Positions 47,470-57,036 of a stretch of DNA of 64,000 nt are shown here, one piece after another (position 1 is the stretch's first letter; each line of letters opens with the position of its first letter). The position numbers were made by a program, and so were the translations under genes. The notes below the pieces were generated by a model. That model made no database searches, was not told the origin of the DNA, and saw nothing but the letters and a program-made list of their open reading frames with translations. Location: assembly GCA_963579905.1 (NCBI GenBank), contig CAUZIZ010000001.1, positions 19,056 to 83,055 of the forward strand, read 5' to 3'. The DNA is from Acidobacteria bacterium UBA6911 (GTDB lineage Bacteria > Acidobacteriota > UBA6911 > RPQK01 > JAJDTT01).

Positions 47470-48571
47470 TTGGAAGAAGCAGTCGCGTACTGGAGGCCCC
47501 GCTTCGGGGTTGAGAGATTCTATTGGCGGGTCGACCATTGGTTCATCGAACAATGCTGCGTCCAGAGGCAGGACAATGCCGCAGTGGCCCGAGGCTGGTC
47601 AGAGTTCTGGGAGCGTCTGTCAGAGGTAGCCGTCCGGACCTTGGATGATTTCGTCCAGGCAACCCGTGCCAACGGCGCACAGGCCTTCCTCTATCTTCCC
47701 TTTCTAGACGAGGGTCTACCGGCGGATCTCGTACCGGCCTCGTGGGACTCCCTACCCCTATCAGAGTCGGTTTTCGCAGGAGAACCCCCAGTTTCTCGAG
47801 GTGGATCGGTCAGGAAAGGGGCCACATTGGGGCGTCCTTTGCTACGCCTATGAGGAAGTACGCGAGTATCGCCTTCAAATGCTGCGGGATATGTTGACCG
47901 AGACCTCGGCCGACGAACTACACCTTTGTACACGCTCCTACGTGCTCCCCGCTGAATTCGGGGACCAGTACGGTTTCAATCCGCCCATCGTTGAGAAGTA
48001 CCGGCAACGCTTCGGGGGAAACATCACCAAAGGGGACTTCGATCTGGAGTCGTGGCGAAGACTGCGGGGAGAGTATCTGACTGAGTTTCTGGCCCAGGTG
48101 AAGCAGCTCTTGCAGAAGGGACGTCCACGCCTTTCGCTGGCAATCCCTCGAGGGCAATACCTGGGCCCACCCTACGGGAACCTTTACCTGGATTGGCAAC
48201 ATTGGGTACGGAAGGGTCTCGTAGACGAGCTTGTGGTGAACGTGATCAGCGGGCGTCAGCTTACCGAGGGACTTTCCGGGTATGGCTACCTATGTAATCC
48301 GGAAGAGGCTCTCGGAACGAATCCGCTGTCCCAGGATCTGGGTGAGATCTATGGGCCTGTCTGCCGTGAGGCCGAGTGTGCTCTCTTCCTGGGAGCGGGG
48401 GTCGATCTGAATCGCCATGAGCCCAACGCCAGTGAGCTGCGACAGCTGGCCCGCCTTCCAGGCTTCGACGGATTCGTGTCCACAACCGGGAATCTGGGAG
48501 AACGATTCTCCTTCGACAAGCGCGACCGCCCGATCTCCTGGCGCATCGAGGACCTGCTTCCATCACCTTAG
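47470..48571 (+). pseudogene. GHL10-like paralog 3, frameshifted in a C5 homopolymer and lacking a canonical start
   Basis: ORF-track pieces 47470..47853 and 47801..48571 in different frames. The junction FAGEPP / QFLEVDRSGK aligns with paralog block FAQAHPEFRAIDRDGRS when one C of ccccc at 47785-47789 is removed. Homology continues upstream of 47470 to an in-frame TGA at 47353 with no ATG/GTG. The stop codon is supplied by MITE copy 4. Confidence 0.55.
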
Positions 48572-48756
48572 GGTCTGCGCAAAAATAACTTGGCATTTTG
48601 GCATCTCATCTTCGCGCCATCTTCGGCCGCTCCTCAATCGCAAAATCCCCAACGTGGACCCGGCTGCGCCGGCGGTTTCGCTCGATCGTTCGCGGCCAAA
48701 TCTGGTGCAAATCTGAGCGCCACTTTCTACCAAGTTATTCTTGCGCAGACCCTGAG
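48568..48756. mobile_element. MITE-like element copy 4 (about 185 bp)
   Basis: ccTTAGGGTCTGCGCAAAAATAACTTGG ... CCAAGTTATTCTTGCGCAGACCCtga. The TAG stop of the GHL10 pseudogene is inside the left terminus. Confidence 0.8.
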
Positions 48757-49026
48757 TATACTGGAACGTAACTACGGCAACGTTTGCAGATGGGGCTTGC
48801 GAGGCGAGATCAAGGCAGGAGAAGGAAGGCGATGCTTGGCCATCTTCGACGACGACCAACGCAGAGATCGTCCGCAACCCCCATCAGCCCCCCGGGTGGC
48901 GCCGGGACGCGCCGATTTCTTTGTCGCGCCTCCTCCACTATGGCAAGACATGGCGTTCGTCGTCGCTTCGCGAACTCGACCCGTCCCGCTCGCCACAAAC
49001 GTTGCCGTATTTACGTTCCAGTGTGC

Positions 49027-49245
49027 TCAGCCATAGCGGCCCTTCCGATATTCCTCGCGCACCTTTCGAGCGAACCGCTTAAGGTCCACCTTGGCTTCGG
49101 CGATTTTGGGCTGGGCTTCCCGCCATGCCTTCTGTGCACGGGGTTTGACGTCGTCCTCCAAGACCTCTGTGGCTTTGGCGCGGACTTCTGGGTTATCGCG
49201 CAGTTCGTGGGCGACTCGAACGACTAGTCGACGAAGGAAACTCAT
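49027..49245 (-). CDS. Hypothetical 72-aa charged helical protein
   Basis: The ORF has coding-like GC3 but no clear RBS, and sits between MITE copy 4 and the decayed SSF. No family recognised. Confidence 0.3.
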   Translation of the reverse strand: MSFLRRLVVRVAHELRDNPEVRAKATEVLEDDVKPRAQKAWREAQPKIAEAKVDLKRFARKVREEYRKGRYG

Positions 49246-49412
49246 TTGAAAATACGTTTAGTATAGGCGATTCTCAGGCTTTCGTCATAGGGGATCGTCC
49301 TGGCCGCCTACTACGCAGCCAGGCTCAGTTGGGCCATCAGTCGCGCACCCAGCCATAGGATGAGAACGAGAAGGAAGCAGCAAGCACTCACCCAGATGAA
49401 GCCTCGACAATA

Positions 49413-51047
49413 CTAACCGGGGCCCGGCTCCCGTACAAGTTCCAGAGAACTATTCGATCCCCTCACTTTGTAGGCCGCATAGGATTGATAGAGTCTCTCC
49501 GGCGCCTCTTCGTCCAGATCCCCCGGGCGCCCGACTTTCTCTTCTCCCATGACCGGCAAGTGAATCCCGACCGCACTGACTTTTGCTTCCTGCCCGATGG
49601 GAGTGTTCATTACGCAATAGAAACGGTTCAAAAGAGTCCGTGGCTCCTCCTGGGTGAGACGGCTTACTAGAAAGAAGGTCGGCGCACAGCCTATCGCGGG
49701 GATAAAGCTCCTGAAGGCGAAAGCGTGATCGCTCCAGATCCCATCTAGAAACGGAAGAGCTTCCAACTGAAACCGGTCACCGGCCGGTGTGTCCAGGAAG
49801 CGGAAAAAAAGATAGAGGAATGCCCCGGATGCCAGCCCGGCCCAGGTTCCTTGCCGGTTGGCTTTTCGCCAGACAACCCCGAAGAACAGAGGGGCACCCA
49901 TCAGCAGCATCAGGGGGCCTAGAAACTCAATGAACTCTTTGATGGAGTCGAATTAGCGCGCGATGAAGTAAGAGAAGAAGCCCCAGATCCGGGCACATCT
50001 CAAATAGGATTTAGGGCTATGCGAGGGCAGAATCCTGGCCTTCGGGATGTGGTCAACAACCAGAGCTGAGCTGGACGCTGCCAAGGTGTCGACCGTGGAC
50101 ATCAGAGCGCCGAAAACACTGGCGATCAGAAGTCCCAGTGGTCCCACGGGCAGGATCTCTTTCATGACGAGCCCCCTGGCCTGCTCCGGATCGCTGAGAC
50201 CAGGTTTGTAGAGGGCAAACAAATCGTAATGGTGCGACTACCAGAGGTGCCCCCAGGCACACTGGGTGGCCGCTCGTTCGTCCTTTCCCACCCCCAACAG
50301 GCTGAAGAGAAAGGGGGAGGCGATCGCGCCAAATGTGGCCGAGAAAATCAGTGCTGTCACATAGCTCAACGGGAGTTCTTCCGAATAAAGCGACCATCCC
50401 TCTGGGGGAAGCTGGCGCAGCGCAGCGAATCCGCCAGCCGCTTCCCAGAGAAAGGGAGGCAGCAGAAAACAGAAGGCGGTGAGTGCCAGAATCCCTTGGA
50501 AGATATCGGTGAGAAGGGAGGACATCAGTCCACCAGATCCTAGATACCACGCCACCACGAAGCTGAATAACAAGACGGACTGATCGACCGAGAGTCCTGA
50601 GAGTCCGGCAATGCTTTTCCCTCCGCCCAAAGCGAAAACACCCGCCTGGAAAAGGAGTAGAAGGCTCCCATAAAGGGCGTAGAAGGTGGCGACTTTGTGT
50701 CCAAAACGCATCTCGGAGAATTCCGCCAAGTTGAACACCCGGGAGCGCTTGTAGATGGTGGAAAAGAGATAGTAGACGATTACACCACAAATGCCCGCCA
50801 ACCAGCGCCAGACTCCCGAAAGACCACTTCTGTAGGCACCCCCGGCGAACACTACTGCCTCTGCTCCACCCACTGACGAGGCGAACACGAAGACGAAGGC
50901 CACCATTGGTCCCCAGCGACTGCGCGCGATAAAAAAATCAGCCATCGTGCTGGTCTTCTTTCTACCCACCACGACACCCAGAAAGGTCACCACTACGAAG
51001 TAGATCGCGAGAATGGCCAGGTCCAGGGGTTGGAGAGTGGAGCTCAT
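49413..51047 (-). pseudogene. Third SSF symporter paralog interrupted by two in-frame stop codons, no frameshift
   Basis: Three ORF-track pieces (50238..51047, 49953..50222, 49413..49910) are all in the same frame. They are separated only by TAG (plus-strand cta at 50238-50240) and TAA (plus-strand tta at 49953-49955). Homology to SSF (MSTVDTLAASSSALVVDHI block) is continuous across both stops. Confidence 0.7.
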
Positions 51048-51057
51048 CGAAGACTGT

Positions 51058-51737
51058 CTACGGCATCTGGGTGAAGAGTGTCAGTGTCTCTTCGCCCTCG
51101 AGTCCGGCGACAACCGGAAAACCATGTCCTCGTCCGTCGGCCGCCTCTTCGCCGATGTGGGTAGGCGGGTTGCCGCCTAGAACATAGCGGACATCTGGAG
51201 AGAAGTATGCGTATAACGCGGTGTTCCTCGCGTTGGGGGAAGGATCCGCTCCGGAGCCATGCACTACAAGGCTCTGGAAGAGCAGCACACTGCCGGCTGA
51301 TAGGGGGACATCAATCTCTCCTGACAGGTCAATATCATCCCGATCGGCCAGAGGTTCCTGATGCCCCCGCACGAGACGCCTCCACTCCTGAAGTCCCCAT
51401 TTGTGGCTCCTGGGAATGATCTTGAAGCAGCCATTCTCGGGGAAAGTATCGTTGAGCATGATGCTCACAGTCACCAGGTTTGGGGGTTCCATGGGCCAAT
51501 AGGCGGAATCCTGGTGGAGACCGTGGGTAGATCCGGACCGACCATATGCTGGACAATCCTGAGGATTCTGGGATGATCGGCGAGTCGATTAAAGAGCCCA
51601 GAAAAGTGAAGCGTGTTCTCGATCTTCCTAAGTACAGGCCCGCCGTTTTTCCGACTCTCCGGTGCGTACGGCTCGTGCTGAAAATAGCGAGGCGCCGAAT
51701 CATTTGCGGCTACCAGTTCCTCGCCAAGTCGATGCAA
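51058..51737 (-). pseudogene. Second PhyH-family dioxygenase, frameshifted
   Basis: 51471..51737 (RKIENTLHFSGLFNRLADHPRILRIVQHMVGPD) and 51058..51492 (FKIIPRSHKW...LLFQSLVVHGSGA) are consecutive PhyH segments in different frames. The N-terminus is also incomplete. Confidence 0.6.
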
Positions 51738-52097
51738 ACGTGCGACCTCAATCTCTCGAAAAGCGCCGAGACCGCGTTGGTGTCCAGGGTCACCTCCAGT
51801 CGCCCGGGTCCACCTGGCCGAACTCCGCCTCTACCGTGCGATCGACTGACGCAGTCTCCCCGGATCGGGCTCCTCCAAAGACGGAGCGCCAGCCGGGCTG
51901 GTCTGACTGCTAGCCAATCTCCTTCTCCAAGTTATTCCTCCAGCGCCACTGTCACCAACTGCTTGAGACTTCGCCCACGAAGAGCAGCCGTGGCTTTGGC
52001 ATTGCGAATAGCGTTTCCGGGATTCCCAGCGTTGTCTTTATGGCACCCATATCGCCATAAACAGAGACGTCCGGGTCTCACCGGCACGGATCTGAAC

Positions 52098-52544
52098 TCA
52101 GGATGACTCCACCGTGATCGCAGTGTGCACCGAGTTCGCGATAAAGCACTCTCCGTGGGCGAGCGAGTGGAGCTTTTTCAACTCCTCGCTTGTCGGGGCA
52201 GAGGTACCGAATAAAATCCTAGGCTTGAGGACCACCCGTGAAACCGCCAGCTTCCCATTCTGGTTCTTCTCCAGGAAACCCACAGCCGCATCGCGGTATT
52301 GATCGACGACAAGGCGCTTCCGGGCAGCGATCGCCAGGAAGGTCAGCATATGGCAGCTTGCGAGCGCGGCCACATAGGCTTTCTCTGGGTCAATCAGGCT
52401 GGCGTTACCCAGATAGACCGGCGCCGCCGAAGCGGCGACCTGGACTCCCCCTTCGAAGCTCCAGGTGTGATCGCGAGAGTAGGAATCGTACGTAAACTCT
52501 GCGGAGCCTCGTTTCCAATCGATGGTGGCGTAATGTTCCGACAA
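52098..52544 (-). CDS. OsmC/Ohr family peroxiredoxin-like protein
   Basis: Two conserved Cys (ALASCHMLTF and AHGECFIANS), 148 aa. Confidence 0.85.
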   Translation of the reverse strand: MSEHYATIDWKRGSAEFTYDSYSRDHTWSFEGGVQVAASAAPVYLGNASLIDPEKAYVAALASCHMLTFLAIAARKRLVVDQYRDAAVGFLEKNQNGKLAVSRVVLKPRILFGTSAPTSEELKKLHSLAHGECFIANSVHTAITVESS

Positions 52545-52592
52545 TTCGTGGCTCCCTATTACTATCGAACCAGGAAATGGCCGGGCGCTTCA

Positions 52593-53482
52593 CTACGCCT
52601 TGATGAACGTCCCCTCGCGCAGCTCCGCGTAGGCCTGTCGTAGCTCTTCGTCGAGATTCATCACGACGGGGCCGCGCCAGGCAACCGGTTCCTCGAGCGG
52701 CCTACCCGAGGCCAGAAGGAATCTGATACCGACTTCCCCAGCTTGGACCGTCACCTCATCACCGGAGTCGAAGAGAACCAGCGACCGGTTACCCGCTTCG
52801 TCGAGTATTCCATCATCGCTTGCTCCCTCCTGGTCGGTTTGGACGGAAAGCGCCCGGGAGGCGTCACGGAAAGTTCCCGAACCCCCGAACACCTAGGCGA
52901 AGGCATGCCGGGACGCCTTAACCGGCAAGGACTTTCGCTGGCCGGGTAGGACCGATACATCCAGGTACCGAGGATCCGCGGCAATACCATCCCCTGGCCC
53001 TTTCTGACCCCAGAACTCGCCTCAGACGCCGCGCACCGTGGTGCCATCATCATCGACTACCTCTGGAATATCAGGGGCCGAAACATCCTGGTACCGAGGA
53101 GAGGACATCTTGAGTGAGGAGGGCAGGTTTTCCCACAGCTGGAATCCATGCATCCTTCCCTGGGCATCTCCTGATGAAGAATTCCACTTCCCGCAGTCAT
53201 CCACTGCACGTCCCCCGCCCCCAATTTCCCACTGTTTCCCAGGCTGTCGCCGTGGCTGACCTCCCCGACGAGAACGTAGGTGATCGTCTCAATACCCCGA
53301 TGGGAGTGCCCAGGAAAGCCGGCAAGATAGTCATCAGGATTCTCATTCCGAAAATCATCCAGCAATAGGAAGGGGTCGAATTCGTCAGTCTTTCCGAAGC
53401 CGAAAGCACGACGCAATCGTACGCCCGCTCCCTCGATCGTTGGCTGGGCCTGAGCAACTCGCTTGAGAGGCCTGATGGACAC
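52593..53482 (-). pseudogene. Pirin (cupin), disrupted by one frameshift and two in-frame stops
   Basis: N-part IRPLKRVAQAQPTIEGAGVRLRRAFG...DPFLLLDDF...ILHQEMP (frame A). Middle part [24 protein letters not shown] (frame B). Then an in-frame TGA at 53022-53024, then GEFWGQKGP...PRYLDV...HAFA. Then an in-frame TAG at 52893-52895, then VFGGSGTFRD...GPVVMNLDEELRQAY (C-domain). The frameshift is near 53150 in a ggaagga run. Confidence 0.7.
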
Positions 53483-53522
53483 TTGCTCCTCCTGTTCCCT
53501 GGGCTTCTCCCTCTTCGGCCTC

Positions 53523-54848
53523 TTATTCGGCCAGTCGCCATCGGACGACCTGGGCGATCCACTTTCCACTGGGATTGCGGCCCTTCTCGTCCAGCGGAGA
53601 ATTCCCAACCGCCGTGACGATGGTGTCATCCGCCAGGACGACACTGGCTCCGAAGCCATGACCGGAGCTAAGCTGGTAGACCTCCGGAAGCCAGGTGCGA
53701 CCTTCGTCGCGACTGACGCGGGCCCTGATGTCACCTTGCTCGTAGGGGTAGCGCCGCTCGTGGACCAGGATGACAGTCCCGTCCGAGAGCTGGCACAGAT
53801 GTCCGTGTGCCTCTCCGAAGGCGATATCCATGGGGCCTCCGGCTTTCCTCCAGAGCGGCCGGAAATCAGTCCAGGTCCTCCCCGTATCGATGGAATCCGC
53901 GAGAAATACGCGCTTGCCCACGGTACTTTGGTTGCCACGCCCTGGCCGTATCCCGGAAGGATTGGGAATATCAGTCCGGCGGTCAGCGTCCGCGAGATAA
54001 TCGGGCTCGTTCGCAGGGGCCGGGGCTGCACCGGTACGCTGGTAGCGAATCGCGGCGAGAAGTCGTCCGGAGCTGAGCTGGAAGACATGGGCTTCGGTAC
54101 CCCACTCCTGGAGAAGGCTCTTGTCCCCCCAGTTGCGGCCTCCGTCCTGAGAGCGGTAGAGGTATGTAGTCCAGGAGGGAGGCCCGGTCCAGGAACTACC
54201 CCCCTCGATCTGTTTGCGCCTCGCTTCCAAGTATTCTCCCCGAGGTCCCAACCGCGTGGGCCAGAGAAGAGTTCCATCCTTAAGCTCAACCATACAGTTC
54301 TGGTTGCCTCCGGCCGAATCGTATGGGGACATCTCCTCGATTCGGCTCCAGGGCTCCCAGGTCTTCCCACCATCCGTGCTGCGGATCACGTGATCAGTTT
54401 CGGCGGCTCCACGATAAGCCCAAAGCAAGGTCCCATCCCTCAGAACCAGGAAGGAATCGTAGTTGCCGACGCTGCCATCGGTCGGCCCTTCGGGCGGTTC
54501 GAGGATTTCAGCCGGAATGGGGTGAAAATCCCAGCTTCTGCCACCGTCATTGGAGTAGAAGATCCTGTGGTAGAGGGCAACATAGAGGGTTCCATCTTGG
54601 CTGGCACCAATGCCGGGGTCGCCTCTCCAGGGCATTTCAGGGTAGTCAAGAGGAATGTATTCAGCAGGAACGGTTCGAGTAACTTCCCCATCACGAAGGA
54701 CCTGGATTTCACCGTTGGGAGAAAGTCCAGAAACTGCTTCCCCCGGGCCAGACCCCGTGTCCGATAGCTCCTGAGCTGGCCCACATGCGGCAATCAAAAG
54801 GGGGAATATCACCCACAGCTGCCGGTGATTCCTCAACTTGCGATACAT
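53523..54848 (-). CDS. BNR-repeat (sialidase/exo-alpha-sialidase-like beta-propeller) lipoprotein
   Basis: Lipobox LIAAC after the MYRKLRNHRQLWVIFPL signal. Five SxDxGxTW BNR repeats (SNDGGRSWD, STDGGKTWE, SQDGGRNWG, DTGRTWT, SRDEGRTWL). Start refined to ATG 54848 with a GGGAGAG RBS. Confidence 0.7.
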   Translation of the reverse strand: MYRKLRNHRQLWVIFPLLIAACGPAQELSDTGSGPGEAVSGLSPNGEIQVLRDGEVTRTVPAEYIPLDYPEMPWRGDPGIGASQDGTLYVALYHRIFYSNDGGRSWDFHPIPAEILEPPEGPTDGSVGNYDSFLVLRDGTLLWAYRGAAETDHVIRSTDGGKTWEPWSRIEEMSPYDSAGGNQNCMVELKDGTLLWPTRLGPRGEYLEARRKQIEGGSSWTGPPSWTTYLYRSQDGGRNWGDKSLLQEWGTEAHVFQLSSGRLLAAIRYQRTGAAPAPANEPDYLADADRRTDIPNPSGIRPGRGNQSTVGKRVFLADSIDTGRTWTDFRPLWRKAGGPMDIAFGEAHGHLCQLSDGTVILVHERRYPYEQGDIRARVSRDEGRTWLPEVYQLSSGHGFGASVVLADDTIVTAVGNSPLDEKGRNPSGKWIAQVVRWRLAE

Positions 54849-54894
54849 TGCTTCTCTCCCTTCCCACGAACACCATTCTGCTCCGTTTCGGCCT

Positions 54895-56418
54895 TCAGAA
54901 GTTCCACGCTGCAATGGGCTTTCCGGCGGACAGTACTTCTTCCAGGTAGGCCCCGCTATGTTTGGTCGGCATCTGCATATGGGTAAGCTCCCCGTATTCC
55001 AGAATTCGCATGGCGACCACATTGTGCCATTTGCCGTCTGCCAGACGCAGAATCATGGAACAGGGATGATCTACTCGCCAAGCGGTCTCACCGGGAGCCG
55101 GCCCGAACTCCGCTCTTAGATCTCGCGCCACGATGGGTGTCTCGAGCCCGGTTCTTTCCTGGTTCAGAGGCCAGAAGCCAAGGGTATGCCGGGAGCGGCC
55201 TCCCAGCACGGGCCTACCTTGGGAGTCCTTGGGGATCTTGAGACGGTCCAGGCCTTCAAGAAACACCTGATAGAGATTGGCCGCGATGAAGGGCGTTCCG
55301 TCGGCTGCTCGATTCAGGGTAATAGGGGCGGCAGAGATCAGCCCTCGGACGTGAATGGTCTTTTCCCAGGTCTCTCCATTGTCCTGAGAACGCCAGACCC
55401 TGATGTCATTGACGGCAGTGTGGGACTCGGAGGCCTCCACCGTGGCCGGCCCCCGGCTTCCGCGACAGGCAAAGAGCAGGGCTCCGTCCAGGTCTCGGAT
55501 CAGGCTCGATTCTCCAGAGCCGTCGGCCCCGGTGACCGGGACGAAGGAAACCACCTGCCACTGCCCATCCACTCTTCTCCACCGAGCCACACCAGATCCA
55601 CCGGCCTGACTCTCCCTGCTACCCCCCATGGCCAGAATGAGGTCATCCCCGTCTGGGATCGCATTCATCAGCCCGGTGTTCAGCTTCCAGCCGGAGAGCA
55701 GGTCCTCGGAGGCCAGACGTTCGGTCTTGACGACCTGGAACGAGTCCCCGTCGTAGGAAAGCTGGTGGACCTCCTTGTACTGATAGTGCTGGCTCCTGTC
55801 CTCAAACTCATTGGTGTGGTGATTAAATCCAAACCAGTTGACACCGTAGGGCGGGGGGCCCGGAAACTCGGTCCGCCAAGCCACGGCCTGGTTGATTCCG
55901 AAGCCGGTGCCCGCGTGAGGGTGGTCAGAACCATCGGGCCGCTTGGCACCTCCGGGAACGAAACCGCCCATGACGGGGTATTTGACCATAATCGCCTCTT
56001 GATTAGCCGGCTTTGAGTTGGGGTTGGGTTCGCGATGGTTTCGGGTAATCGGAACCGCGCCTTCACTGCTGACGTCGGTGATGTTATCGAAAAGAACGAC
56101 GTCGGACCCGTTCTCGAAGTCGGTGCCCTTGACCCCGGCCACGCGGATGTTAATGAAGTAGCCTCCCGTGTCCTGATCTGCCTGGAACGGCAGTCCCAGT
56201 TGATAGATCCAGGTCTCCCCTTCGGGCGTACTGGGAGGAACCTGGAGATCAGGACCACCCTGGGTCATGCCGGTAATGCCCTCAGTTGGAGCTGGCGACG
56301 TGGGCGTCTCAGGCTCCGGTGGCGGAGAAGTGCACGCGCCAGCCATCCAAACGACCAGCAGAGCCCAACCCGCAGATAATCTCAACCACAGCGGCCGGTC
56401 TGGACTAATTCCACACAT
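54895..56418 (-). CDS. BNR-repeat beta-propeller lipoprotein, paralog
   Basis: Lipobox MAGAC. BNR motif SQDNGETWE. General similarity to the neighbour. AAGGAGAG RBS. 507 aa. Confidence 0.65.
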   Translation of the reverse strand: MCGISPDRPLWLRLSAGWALLVVWMAGACTSPPPEPETPTSPAPTEGITGMTQGGPDLQVPPSTPEGETWIYQLGLPFQADQDTGGYFINIRVAGVKGTDFENGSDVVLFDNITDVSSEGAVPITRNHREPNPNSKPANQEAIMVKYPVMGGFVPGGAKRPDGSDHPHAGTGFGINQAVAWRTEFPGPPPYGVNWFGFNHHTNEFEDRSQHYQYKEVHQLSYDGDSFQVVKTERLASEDLLSGWKLNTGLMNAIPDGDDLILAMGGSRESQAGGSGVARWRRVDGQWQVVSFVPVTGADGSGESSLIRDLDGALLFACRGSRGPATVEASESHTAVNDIRVWRSQDNGETWEKTIHVRGLISAAPITLNRAADGTPFIAANLYQVFLEGLDRLKIPKDSQGRPVLGGRSRHTLGFWPLNQERTGLETPIVARDLRAEFGPAPGETAWRVDHPCSMILRLADGKWHNVVAMRILEYGELTHMQMPTKHSGAYLEEVLSAGKPIAAWNF

Positions 56419-56644
56419 ATTGATCTCTCCTTTAAGTTAGATACACTGAGGACGAATGTTCAGGCAATGTTCTCCTACCCCTTGACGAAGACTTCGAGTT
56501 CATCGATGACGATATCCTCCGAAGCACCTGCTGTTGACTCCACCAAGGCGACTTCCAACTGGGGGTGCAGCAGAATCTGGGAGCGGTTAGCTATTCGAGG
56601 GAAACGGTACGGTAAGTCCTTTGTTGTAAACAACAGCAGAGAAA

Positions 56645-56732
56645 TGGTGCCGGAGGGGAGACTCGAACTCCCACGGGACTATGTCCCACTGCGCCCTGAA
56701 CGCAGCGCGTCTGCCAATTCCACCACTCCGGC
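56645..56732 (-). tRNA. tRNA-Leu (anticodon CAG), class II with a long variable arm, CCA encoded
   Basis: Minus-strand sequence GCCGGAGTGGTGGAATTGGCAGACGCGCTGCGTTCAGGGCGCAGTGGGACATAGTCCCGTGGGAGTTCGAGTCTCCCCTCCGGCACCA. It has a 7-bp acceptor stem, an anticodon loop TTCAGGG (CAG), a 16-nt variable arm and a GTTCGAGTC T-loop. Confidence 0.85.
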
Positions 56733-57036
56733 ACGTTCTGAATCAGTCGCCGACAGGTACTCTATCGGATCCTTTAGATCTGATGGCTGGGAAATGCTTC
56801 CGCTGCCAAACCCTGGGCTGCCTTTTTAAGGTTCGCACGGTCGTGCTGGTGTCTCCCCATCATCTCCGAAGGCGAATGTCTCACAGGCACCGTGACAGTG
56901 TACAACTCTGTTCCATGAATAACCAAATGGGAAACGAAATTGTGAGTTCCTCTCATAGGCGGTTTGACCGGCTTCTGCCTAACTGCGCGCGCACCACAGT
57001 AGTTCCACGACTCATTTCCTTGCATTCTGGACGCTG

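Noticed and set aside
53482-54373. Upstream two-thirds of ORF-track entry 53057..54373
   Set aside because: Only the last about 141 codons (pirin N-domain) are real. The rest is an alternative frame of the BNR lipoprotein gene on the same strand.
56419-57036. Integrated prophage or island at tRNA-Leu
   Set aside because: No integrase, excisionase, phage structural genes or duplicated tRNA 3' end is visible within the window.
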